Source: Camelus dromedarius (lineage: Eukaryota). Taken from it: DNA of 64,000 bases. Positions 25,720 to 37,500 of this stretch are shown here, piece after piece (the stretch's first letter is position 1; each line of letters begins with the position of its first letter). Made by a program: the position numbers and the translations under genes. The stretch is from contig NC_087438.1 of NCBI RefSeq assembly GCF_036321535.1, positions 9,178,001-9,242,000 of the forward strand, in the 5' to 3' direction. The notes under the pieces were generated by a model, which was not told where the DNA came from, did no database searches, and worked only from the letters and a program-made list of their open reading frames with translations.

Positions 25720-27716
25720 GGTAAAGACAGTGGGAAGCATCCAACAGCAGATAGAAGTCAGCAGCGAGTTTGCTACCATAAAGATGCAACCGCAAGGAGA
25801 ATTAGGATTTTGAGGTTTCCAACCTGAGAACTCTAGCCAAGCTTTTTTTCTAAAACTGTGGAAAACAACAGTGGAAATCACAGCTTCCGTCATTCAAGGT
25901 GCCAGAAATCAGGGTTTATGTGGGGGAATTTAAAGAAGGAAATTCTGGTAGCAAGGATATCACAGAACACCACAAATTTTGAGCATACACTCTACAAATC
26001 TCTTGCTATTATGAATTGTGCATAATTAGGGAGACCCTTGGGCCCAACAGAATAAGGAGAGACTTGGAGCTCCAAAGACAGAGCATGGGTTAAGATCAGT
26101 GAGATTTTTGCTTTTATGACTGAGTGCACCCCAAAGTCTGCAGCTCAGAAAGCAAACAAGCAGAAGCTCTCTGGTTTTATCATGTCAGATGACAGAATCT
26201 GAAGCTGGTGGACAGCTGTAAATTACACAGGAATCAGGGAGATGCCCCAGAGGGATGGGATAAAACATCAATGGTGGGAAACCATAGCAACACCGTGTGT
26301 GTGTGTGTATGTGTGTGTATGCGTGTGTGTGTGTTTCTGTGGAATGCAAGGATGAAAAATTTTGCTGTTTAAGTCCAGGAAAATTAACTACCATCTAAAA
26401 CAGAGGTTGCTAAAGTGTATATTCAACAAAGTCCAATTTTCAACACAAAATTATTAGACATGCATGGGGAAAAAATAGGATAATGAGACATAAATTGAAG
26501 AAAAGAGGAAGATAATGAAAACGGAGTCTGAGTAGGTCCAGGCATTGGATTTAGCAGAGAAAGACTTCAAAACATATATTTAAAGAATTAAAGGAAAATA
26601 CACTTTAAAATAAAGGAAAATATGGATTCAGAAAAGGAATATCAAAAGGAAAGTTGAAATAATTTTAAAATGATAAAGCTGAAAGTAGAATAACTAAAAT
26701 TAAAAACATACTATTTAGGCTCATAGCAGATTGGAGATAAAAAAAATATAATGTGTAACCTTAAAGACAGACTTAAAGGAACCACTCTCCCTGAAGAACA
26801 AAAAGAGGAAGATTGGAGAAATAAAGACAGATTTCCATTTCCAACAGAATGTGATGACAGGAACTAGATTTACCCTTCTTCTTTAAACAACTAGAAAACC
26901 AAATAAAATACACAAAATGACGATTTTCAGATATTGCACAAGCAAAAGCATAGGATAGTGATTGTTGAAAGGATTGTCCTAGACTGCTATCTAAAAAAAG
27001 AGTTTCCTGACCTCAGCACGCAGCAGACCAAAAGGGCTTTGTGTTCTTGCTGATTTGAATAGAGTTTATTCACAGTCCAGATCAAATTGGCTCAGTTTTT
27101 AGCCCAGAGTAGAGAGGATGGAGCCACAGTGGGGAAAATAATCAGAGATCTCTGCAGGAGGTCCTTAGGCTCTTTGACTGAGAACTGATCAGTACATACG
27201 TGGGAAGAAACTCTGGAGAAAGAGTCACGAGGAGGAATTGTGATGAACTGAGTAATTCCTACAGATCACACAGGGCTGGGGATATTCTGACACTCAGCAA
27301 GAAGAGGAGAATAAGCTTTCTAGTAATTTGTGTATTGTGTAAACTCTTCAGAAAGTTAATAGCTAAATTCTAGCCTAAAATCTGCTTCAGACTTGCCCTA
27401 AAAAAAACTTTTTTAGCTTCAGAAGTGATAACAGTTATCCCAAGTAATTTACACACCAGAATGGCCCCAAATGAGGAACGTAAATGACCAGTTTTAGAAA
27501 CACACAGCACAAGCACATTAACACCAAATGAAGCATAAAAAAGGAAGTAAGTGTAAGTGCAGAAACCAATGAAGTATAAAACAGAAAAATAGTAGGAAAA
27601 AACCAGAGATATCAAAAGATCACTAGAAAAAATCAATAACAATAAACATCTAGCCAGACTGATCAGAAAAAACAAGAGAAGAAACTTATCATCAATACCG
27701 AGAATGTAAGAGGGCA
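25720..27716 (+). mobile_element. Mosaic of ancient L1 5' UTR/ORF1/ORF2 fragments
   Basis: ORF1-like A-rich section (26440-26830); L1M-type 5' end gatttccatttccaac...ggaactagatttaccct (26830 onward); ORF2-like aaaatcaataac...aaacatctagccagactgatcagaaaaaa...gagaag (27630-27716). Confidence 0.7.
26295..26334. repeat. Imperfect (TG)n microsatellite
   Basis: Direct reading. Confidence 0.9.
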
Positions 27717-28201
27717 TGTCTCTTCTTAGGCACAGTTCACACCTTCACATATGCATTCTGCTTTGTCTCATATCAAGGTTGTGACCCATGATGGCTTTTT
27801 GTTTCCATTTACCTGGTTAATGCTATTCTTCATTCCTTTATTTTGCACTGAAATCACTGAACCACTTTATTTTAGGTGTGCCTCTTGTTAACAGTATATA
27901 GTTATTTGCCACCCTTTTTTTTTTTTTTTTTTTGGTGAGGTGTCTACTGATGTCTTTAACTCATTTTTTAATCTGGCTGATTTAGCATTGTTCAGTTTTA
28001 AGAATTCTTTGTATATTTACAATAATAGTCCTTTATCTCTTGTGTCTTTTGCAAATATTTGCTCCTGGTCTATGATTCACCATTTCACTCTCGTGATAAT
28101 ACCCTATAAGCACATTAGACGTTTTGAGTTTTAATGAAGTCCAGTTATCTGTTATTTCTTTCATGGTACTGCCTATGATGTTGCATGTAAAAAATCATCA
28201 C

Positions 28202-28454
28202 TGTATTGACTGATGCCCTTATCAGGAAAGGAAGAGACACCAGGAATGCCCATGCAGAGAGGAAAGCCATGTAAAGCCACAGCAAGAAGGTAGCTTAACA
28301 TCACAAGTTAAAGGCGGAGGCCTCAGGAGAATTCAAATCTGCCAAGATTTTGTTCTTGGACTTTCAGCATTCAGACCTGTGAGAAAATACACTTCTGTGT
28401 TTAAGCCACTCAGACTATGACATTTGGTTAGGGTAGCGCTAGCAGACTCATACA
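28202..28454 (+). mobile_element. MLT1A-like MaLR LTR (3' part)
   Basis: gactgatgcccttatcaggaaaggaagagacacc...gaggcctcaggagaa...cttggactttcagc...tgtgagaaaatacacttctgtgtttaagccactcag...gctagcagactcataca. Confidence 0.85.
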
Positions 28455-28513
28455 ACTCCTATTATTTCTCCTAAGAGTTGTTTAATTTAGCTCTTACATT
28501 ACGATCCATTTTG

Positions 28514-28679
28514 TTTGAAGTATAGTCAGTTTACAATGTTGTGTCAGTTTCTGGTGTACAGCACAACACTTCAGTCATACAGGAACATACATATATTCGT
28601 TTTCATATTCTTTTTAGCCATAAGCTACTACAAGATATTGAATATAGTTCCCTATGCTACACAGTATAAACTTGCTGTT
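28514..28679 (-). mobile_element. Young 5'-truncated L1 3' end (camelid L1_Vpa-like)
   Basis: Closely similar to 14760-14875; 17-bp TSD CATTA(C/T)GAT(C/T)CATTTTG at 28497-28513 and 28680-28696. Confidence 0.88.
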
Positions 28680-31600
28680 CATTATGATTCATTTTGAGTT
28701 AATTTTTCTACAAGATATGAGGGCTAGTGAAGGTTCTTTTTTTTTTTTAAACGGGTATCTGGTTGTTCCAGCATCACTCATTTAGTAGTCAGATCTTTCC
28801 TCACTGAAATATTGCAACACTTATCAAAAATCAATTGACCATACATTAAGGGTTTATTTCTGGACCCCCTCCCCCTCAATTCTAAGCCATTAATCTCTGC
28901 GTCTATTCTTATCACAATGTATTCATTCCTGCGGTTTTAGGTAAATTTTGATATTGGAAAATGTGAGTACACCAATTTTTTCCTCTTTTTTTTTTTTATA
29001 CTTTTTCATCAATATTGTTTTGCCTTCTGATCCATTTAAATTTATATGAATTTTAGAATCAGTTTGTCAATTTATCCAAAAAGGGCAGCTGGCATTTTCA
29101 TGGGGAGCTTGTTGAATCTGTAAATCACTTTGAGTGGTCCTGTCATCATATGCATAACTCCTTTTACATGTAACTGCATAGGTGTTGCTAGAATTTTGTT
29201 GAGGATTTTGATGAGGTCTTAGTTTTCTTTCCTTGTGATGTGTTCATCTGGTTTTTGTAAATCCACGTGATACTGGCCTCATTGAATTAGTTTAAAAATA
29301 TTCCATACACTTTGATTTTTCAGGAGAGTTTTTAAAACACTGACGTTAATTCCTCTTTAAACACTTGGCATAATTCACAAGTGAAGTTACCTGACTGGGA
29401 ATTTCCTTGTGGGATTTAAAAAATTTTTCCCTTTATCTGTTATATATTATGTTCTAGTTTTTCTTTAGTAACTTTCACAGAGGTCAATTACAGCAGTCAA
29501 ACAAATGTCTTAAGTTTTCAGGACAATCCTGCAGAAATATATAGTACATCAATTTCAATGTCCCTCTTCCCCAGAGCTCTTAAAGTTTTATTAAAGTCAC
29601 ACCAGCTCCTCAGATAGACTAGTTGCAAAATAGCAAAACCCAATGTTCTTCACATTGAAGGACTTTCCTTGTTTTCACAAAGCTAAATCTCTATCTCCCT
29701 TTATCTCGAGGTCTGAGTATTTGCTTCCAATTTTCTACATGACATTTGCATCTTTATAGATTCCATTCTTGGCTTATATCACTGAATACCATGCATTGCA
29801 TTTCAGCTTCTGAGAGAACTAAAAAAGCTATTGTTTGAGAAATTGAAATGTTTAGAAAATGTGTTTTCTTATTTTAGTAATGCAACTCTAGGGGGCACAG
29901 CCATATATTCAGGTCTTCAGAAGAATGCAAGACAGACCACTCTCACCGAGGGATTTCTGTGGAGGAGTGTTGCTTGGTAACTATACTTTATGACTACAAA
30001 GATGAATGAATCTGTTCTTATTCCATGCATATAAATTTTAATGTTATCTCTGGTCATGGAACAATGAATATGCCAGCAGCTGAGGATTCTCACCACTGAC
30101 CCATTAGTGCCCTCAACTCTGATTACAAAATATAAAACTTTCCAAAGTATATTATAGCTGTGACTTTATATTAGCTGACACTGGTGCTCAGACAGGCTTG
30201 CTAAATTACTTGTAGATATTAATGTAAATTATTGCTGATTTTAAGTGTGGTGGCCATCCAATGATTTCATGTTCTCACTCCTTGGACTTAAAGGCAGCTC
30301 AATTTAATGACTTCCTTATGGGGAAATCAAATTCTGTTAAAAATGTCATATTCCCCTTTTCTTATTAGACATTGCGATCAATAATTGTGGAGAGCTATGT
30401 TTATCTCATCTACTTTACATATGCAGACCAAATGAGTATTCTGAATGCATAATTAATTTTCACAGCAACTAGCTGTGTTTGTTCTGGGCCAGCTTAGTTC
30501 TTCCAGTCAAACTCAGATTTATTTACTTGTTAAAAGGACAGAAAAGAAACTTTAAAATTTCTTGAATGTGTTTATACATGGCCCTCCATAAGTCTCAGTG
30601 ATTTCTCAATTGCCTTGAGAAAATGGATGTTTGCATGTCCCCATTATTTTGATTGCCGATGACAAAATGATCAACAATCTACCATTTAGATAATTGATGT
30701 GTGTGCATTTTAACTCTAAGAATACCAATTTTTAAAGAATAGCACATATTAATTGAAAGTTAATGTCTTAGCCAATACCTTTCCTCTTCCAGGTACAGCT
30801 CCCTAGCTGTCTATGGTCTAGCAGTGATCAGCATTGTGATGTCAAGAAAGTTAACTCACTAGTTTGATGAAGTAATGACAAACAATTTGATGTTCACTGG
30901 CCCCAGTGACTCCATTTATTTTTATTGTTGTGTTTGTTTGCTTATGTGTTTATTTGGAGTTAGCTTCTCAGGTTGCACAGGAAGGGAGGAACAGCCCTCA
31001 AAAATCCCACTCTGTCAGTCAGGCTTCAGTCAGTACAGACATTTCATCCATTGACTATTCCAGACTTGACTACACGGAGTGTCTGTGATGGGCTTATGAC
31101 ATCCTACTTTAGCTGACATCACAAACAAGAGTGGGGACTAGTGAATTGAGATTCTTGAGAGCACTGGGGTGGACTGTAATTTAGTGGTTCTTCATAAACT
31201 GTAACACTGAAGTTCAAAGCCTCAAATGTTCCTTCCACGTGGACGCTGACCTTGGTCTCGTGACTGGCCTTGGGCAATGGAAACTAAACAAGCACGACAG
31301 AAATGGAAGGTTGGTAAGCATTTCGGCACGTGTACTTGGAGCTTGTTTTTCTTTGGAATGTCCTTGGGATCTAATTAATTTAAAAAGAAGCCCATTATAC
31401 CACAGGAAGGAACCAAGAGAGACAGTCACCCCAGACTTCCAGCTGTCCCCACTAAGGTACAAAGAGGCCGTTTCATGTTCCAGCATGAGCCGTTATTTAA
31501 TTGCAGCTGCACAAAAGACGCCAAATGAGTCCAGCAGAAGAATCAACTTAAAAAATAATATAAGAAATAATTAGTTTATCTTAGATTAAGCCATTCAACA

Positions 31601-32199
31601 TTATGTTTCATTGGGAACCATACAGACTGTCTCATTCATAGCAAACAAAGTACTCTAATTAAATACAACCTTATATACAAATATATGAACTTTAAAACCA
31701 TTTCTGCATCCTTTTTTCTTGCCTTTGTCTGCTTACAGTTGTATACTTAAGATCCCGATTGGTCAGAATTCACGTAGGAATAATTCATAAAGCAAATGAT
31801 CCAGTTCTTCCATTTCAAAATAAAAGTTTAAACTAATCACAATGCTTGGAAAGTTTATTATCCCTACAGAAGCAACTCTTCTAGAGAAATACAGCTAAAT
31901 TTTATATAACAATATTTATCAAGAATGGATTCAGTGATCCAATTTATTATGAGTCAATCAAATTCACTTCTGTATTTAAATCCAAAGGAGTCTATTATCT
32001 GTGGGGCTATATTTGGTTGTAGTCTTTTACTTGATTAGATTTTTTGTTGAGAAAAACATACATTAAATGTGTACTAACAGATATATAAGATAGTAAAATG
32101 AAATAATTTTACTGTCTTGTTCAACCAATGTAAATCGGTTTTAAAAAGTTTGAGCTTGAAATAGAAAACAGTGACAAATTAGAAATGCATTTCAGTGAC

Positions 32200-33665
32200 T
32201 TTTTCTAAAATAAGTCTTAATCAAACACAGCATTCATGCTGGAAAATACAGAAATCATAGGTAAGCAACTTGATACATTTTCTCAAAATAAACTCATCTT
32301 TTAACAGATCAAAAGATAGACATCTTCAGTACCTGAAGACATTGTAGTAAATAACCTCAAACTTCCCCAAAGATAACAACTGTCCTGCTTTTACATGGCC
32401 TAATTTAGTTTTATTTAATTTTTATTTTATAATACACTTTCGTTTAGCATTTATTTTTTACTCTCAATATATGTTTGAGTCTTACACTTAAACTTACAGC
32501 CATTTTGTGCAGCAATAATTGTTCATTTTAATTTTGTGTATTACTCCATAGTAATAATTTACCTTAAATTATTTACCAATTTTAATGATTGTTTTAGTCA
32601 GTGATTTTAATTTATGAGGATACCATAAAAATTGTCTTTTGTACAAATGTGTACTCACTTCTTTTCTGTATATGCCAAGGATTAGAATTTCTAGATCTTA
32701 GAGTGTTAATATACGTAACTTCAGTGCATATGCCAAAACATTCTCCAGAATGTCTGTACCAATGTTTGCTCCAAACAGCAGTGTATGAGATGGCCAGTTG
32801 CTTCACATCCTCACCAACACTTGAATCTGTCAGTGTTTCTCCAAATCAACTAATTAAAGTACAATTTACCTAAAATAAAATGTTCACATTTTAAGTGTAC
32901 AATTCAGATTTTTGACAAACATATACACCTATGTAATCACCATCTCAATCAGTATGGAGAACATTTCTGTTGCCCAACAAGTTTCTTCATGGGCTGTCCC
33001 ACCGCCAACCCCAAGTAACCAATATTTGGTTTTTATGATAATTTATTACTTTTGCCTGTTATCAGACTTCATAGGAATGGAATTATACTGTATATGCTCT
33101 TTTGTGACTGCCTTATTTTCCTCAGCAAAGTGTTTTTAAGATTAATATGTGCTGTTACGTTTATGCAATTCATTCATTTCTACTTGTGAGTAAGATCTCA
33201 TTGTATGGATATACTATAATTTATTTTATCTATTTATCTGCAAATAGAAATTTGAGCAATATCCAGTTCAAAGTCATTATGAAAAAAAGAAACTTCTATA
33301 AACAGTTGTGTATGTGCTTTGTGCAGATATGGTTTAGGTTTTCTTGAATAAATGTAGGAGTAGAATTAATCTGAGTCACTTGGTAAGTGTATGCTTATGT
33401 ACGTGTCTAAGAAATTGATGAACTCTTTTATGAAATTGTTGTAATGTGCACTTTCACCAGGAATGTGTGAATTTTAGTTGCAATAATTCCTCATCAACAT
33501 GGCTAGACTATAATTTTAACTAACTAGTGAATGTGAAATGGTACGCCTGCATGATTTTAATTTGAACTGGACTAAAAATATTGAGCATATTAAGCATATT
33601 GCATGCCCATATTGGTCATTCATATTTTCTTTTATAAAATATGTTTCAATATTTTGCCCATTATA
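32200..33665 (-). mobile_element. Two adjacent or nested old L1 3' regions (L1ME/L1MC-like)
   Basis: A second L1 3' end starts at about 32850 (attaaagtacaatttacctaaaataaaatgttcacattttaagtgtacaattc); the shared L1 motif tcctcaccaacac/tcctcatcaacat occurs at about 32808 and 33488. Confidence 0.75.
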
Positions 33666-33673
33666 TATTTGTG

Positions 33674-33679
<6 letters not shown>

Positions 33680-33707
<28 letters not shown>
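33680..33707. repeat. (TG)14 microsatellite
   Basis: Direct reading. Confidence 0.95.
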
Positions 33708-33711
<4 letters not shown>

Positions 33712-33713
33712 AA

Positions 33714-34162
33714 CATTTCTTTACACTAACAATGAAATATCAGAAAAGGAAAGTAAAGTGTGGAGGGTATAGCTCGAGTGGTAGAGAGCATGCTTAGCAT
33801 ACACTAGCTCCCGGGTTCAATCCCCAGTACCTCCATCAAATAAATAAATAAGTAAACCTAGTTACTTACCCCCCAAAACAAATAAATAAAATTTAAAAAA
33901 AGAAAAGAAAAGGAAAGGAAAGAAACAATTCTTTTTAAAATTGCATCCAAAAAATAAAATACTCAGGAATAAGTCTGACCAAGGAAGTGAAAGACTTAAA
34001 TATGGAAAACTACAAAACATTCATTAAGGAAATTAAAGATGACTTAAAGAAATGGAAAGATATCCCATGTTCTTGGATTGGAAGAATAAATATTGTTAAA
34101 AAGGACATACTACCCAAAGCAGTCTACAGATTTAATGCAATCCCTATCAAGCTACCCAGAGC
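33714..34162 (+). pseudogene. Internal LINE-1 ORF2p fragment (region just C-terminal to the RT core), split by a SINE
   Basis: Translation [56 protein letters not shown] is clearly L1 ORF2p; upstream catttctttacactaacaatgaaatatcagaaa continues the L1 sequence across the SINE. Confidence 0.92.
33758..33905 (+). mobile_element. Full-length vic-1-type camelid SINE (tRNA-Ala-derived)
   Basis: GGAGGGTATAGCTCGAGTGGTAGAG...GCTTAGCAT...GGGTTCAATCCCCAGTACCTCC, then TAAA repeats, aacctagttacttacccccc and an A-rich tail; TSD AGAAAAGGAAAG(T/G)AAA at 33742-33757 and 33906-33921. Confidence 0.92.
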
Positions 34163-36789
34163 TAAGTTTTGAAATTATAGGAATGTACATCCTGGGTAGA
34201 ACTGTCCAATTTAGAAAGAAGTTGGTACAGCCACTTGTACATAGATGATTTTTAACGTACTCCGACTGTGTGACCCTACCATATCTCACTCTGGCACGTG
34301 CAGAGGCATATAGTTTGATATACCTTCAGATAGGATATTAGAACAGTGAAAAATTTAAGTAATTACATGTTACTTGGAAATGTGTGGCACCCTTTCATAA
34401 AAGCAAGTGGAAGATACGTCTCTCAATCAACTTGCACTCAATTTAGCTCTGAAAAGACAAGCTCAGATATCAAGCTATTAATGGAAATTGGGATATTTAA
34501 TCAGATATTCACTGAAGGGAAACAAAAAGACTTAAGCAAGGCCCGGATGCTGCACACTTATCATTTACCTAAATCATCTGAGCACAGGCATGTCTTCAAT
34601 ATCCCTGGAAAGAGAGATACTCATGCAGTGGGAGAGTCTTCCCAGCTTCATTTACATTTCAGGTATCTGGATTTCTGACTTGCATACTACTGAAGTGGAA
34701 ATCAAGCAGGGTTTTTTTCTTTTCCCCTGTTTTTCTTCTGGTTGCCCACCTTCCTCTAAATATAAATAAGTTGTTCTAATGCACTTGACAATTTCCAGAA
34801 ATAGGTATTTGGACTGAACTCTGTCCTGGTTCTAGAAACATAATTTTGATTCAAAAAATTGCTTCAGAGATCGATGATTTGTTGGGTTTTTAAAAAAAAA
34901 CAAACTGTTGATTTGGGTCTGATCTTCCAGTAGTCATTCTAACGAACACTGTGTTTCTTAGAGTAGGACACACGGCATTTAGCTTTGCAAATGCTAAAAG
35001 GAATATGCAGTTGCCAACCAGAGAATTTCAAGGCTTAGCTGGTAAAAAATTTATGACTCCATCTAGATTATATGAATAAAAATTTGTGGTTGATATTGAA
35101 AACATTGGAAGACAAAAGTTAGAAGGGTGGAATATCAGAATGGAACTATTTTGGTAATTATTATTAACTACACTTTTTCCTAGAAATTTACTGTAGAAAG
35201 AAGTTAATTTGATGGTTTAATTTGCATATTTAATGTTGTTATTTGGATGTATTGCCTAACAGCTAATTAAAAAATTAAATTATATGGCTAAAGTTTTAAC
35301 TAAGAAACAGGGTAGGAAATGAATTGTTGGCCTATTTTAAAATGTGTCTTCAATATTTATTTAATTAATGTTCTATTTTGATTCATTTCTTTGTTTTTGA
35401 AAAGGAAAGGTTTTACAGTCCCAAGAGGAGGTAGTGGTTGCTAGTGGATCAGTCACCTCAAAAGGCAGACACAGTTAGCTTCCCCCAAATTTTGGTCTTT
35501 CTCTCACAAGGCTGCCACACATGTAATTGACAATAGGCTTAGATTTTAATCACAATGGACTTAAAGCAAAAATGTGCTGAGAGATACTGTCTTATTGTTG
35601 TTAATATTTCAAAGTGGGGAGGATGTGATAATAAAATAAGTCATAAAGGAAACTCGTTTCACCATAGAGATCCATTATATTTTTTCCATGAGAAATACTT
35701 GATTAATTTTGTTAATAAAACTGTAAGGAGTGTGAAATCCATTTGGCCACATTGTGCAGGGAGAGAGACTTTGAATTTGGAATGTTCATGCTGCAGATCC
35801 ACGTGTCTCTTGGCTTCTTAAATCATCTAAGATTGCCCTAATTTAACACTCCTGTATTGCATTGCAAATATTTGTTTATGATTATTCACATATACATACA
35901 TATACATGACAGTTATAGTGATGTAATGCTTAATGAAAGAGTGAAAGATGATAAGAAGGAAGGATGTATGAATATTATATGATTCTTTTAAGAATATTTG
36001 GAAATAAGCAATAATACTTCCCCTTTCCCTAAAGAAACACAAAAAGATTCTATAATGTGTCTAATTAAACACATAATAGTGGTGACACTGATGCAGGTTT
36101 TAGGTATTTTGGTGGCTAATATGGCATCAATTCATTTGAACAATGTCGCTTTACTATCTCTACTTCCTTGTTATGGTTTCATTAATTATGCTTTTGTAAG
36201 TCGTGATACAGAAAGTCTAATATTTCCTTAGTGGTTGGGAACCCTCTTAATATGGTTTTGACATATTGAAAAATGTCCAGTCTTAATCATGTCTTGCCTT
36301 CTTAGCCTTTTCTTTCCCTGCAACAATATTAATACAAGCTTAAATGACAATAGGAAGGTAATGTAATTTGAAATATGATTCAAATCACTCAGTCTCTCAG
36401 TCATCTCTACAGATTTCCACATAAACAAATTTAGCATAGTGTATTATTTTTAATTTTATTTTTACTTTTTCTACTAAATGATGATGTTTGACAATACAGA
36501 AAGCAGTTTTAACTAGATTTGCACATTTCAAATTGGACTAGTCTCAGTTTGGGGTCTAAGAAGGGTACAAAACTGACATCGCTTACAATAATTACTGGAT
36601 TAATACGCTCCTAGAGACTCAATAGTAATGAATTATTACCTAGGTATATTTATCATTGTGAAGATTTATCATAATGTAAAAAAGCTGAATTAATTTTTTT
36701 CATTTTGTAAAAGACTCAATATTCAGGTTATAAGCAAGACTTCATTTTTCATTAATTTGTCACTACTTTTGAAGAATTCCCCTCCTTGT

Positions 36790-37082
36790 GTGTTTGACCA
36801 GGAGGGTAGCAGCTGCTGTGACCTTTTCTGAGGGCTGACGTTGGCGCTGTACCAGGCGCGGTGTCCAGGGTCCAAGTCTGCCTGCTGTGTGATGCCGGCT
36901 GGATGACCCACTCTCTGGATGCTTCCTGTGGAGTGATTAGGTCTGTGGACCTGGCTTACCAGCTTCTTGAAACATGCTTGTTTTCCAAAAGGGTTCTCCA
37001 GCCATCCTCGTTATTCTGTGAGCTGTCCTGTGTCTTTCTCAATCTACCTTTTCGTGTTTAATCCAGGCAGAGTTGGTTTTGA
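36790..37082 (+). mobile_element. ERVL LTR fragment (LTR33/LTR16 group)
   Basis: 3' motif gggttctccagccatcctcgttattctgtgagctgtcc...ccttttc...ggcagagttggttt; locally GC-richer. Confidence 0.55.
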
Positions 37083-37085
37083 AAA

Positions 37086-37355
37086 GTGTGTTTTTTCCCT
37101 CTGGCCGCCACAACAAATCGTTACATGCTCAGTAGCATAAAACTACAGAAATTTACTCTCTCACAGTTCTAGAGGCCAGAAATCCAAACTCAAGGTGTCA
37201 TCAGGGCCATAATTCTGCTGAAGACTCTGGGGGAGGACCCTTCCCTTCCAACTCTTGGTGGCTCCACGCTTTCCTTGGCTTTTCTACGTCCATGACCCTA
37301 AACTCCACTTCTGTGTTCACGTTGCTTCCTCCTCATCATAAATCTGTGTCTTTCC
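37086..37355 (-). mobile_element. MLT1B/C-like MaLR LTR fragment
   Basis: acaacaaatcgttac...aaactacagaaatttactctctcacagttctagaggccagaaatccaaactcaaggtgtcatcagggcca. Confidence 0.8.
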
Positions 37356-37384
37356 TCTCCTTTTCCTCTCTCTCTTTTTTCTTT

Positions 37385-37500
37385 TTTCTTTTTTTTGCAA
37401 AGTTTTTAATTATGATTAAAAAAAAAGGTAACATAAAATTTACCATCTTAGCCATTTTTATGTATACATTAGTGTCAGGTAGAGTCATATGTTTGTGTAA
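37385..37500 (-). mobile_element. L1MA/MB-like 3' terminus
   Basis: T-rich tail then taacataaaatttaccatcttagccattttta...tacattagtg. Confidence 0.6.

Larger units (their letters stand above)
27790..29420 (-). mobile_element. Ancient L1 fragments hosting an MLT1A-like LTR and a young L1
   Basis: Antisense L1M motifs: tttgcaaatatttgctcc, ttttaatgaagtccag, gatccattttgagttaattttt, aaaaatcaattgaccata, gaattttagaatcagtttgtcaatt, ttgctagaattttgttgaggattt. Confidence 0.8.

Noticed and set aside
34346..34678. 110-aa ORF with possible AG/GT boundaries
   Set aside because: Weak splice signals and an unrecognised peptide.
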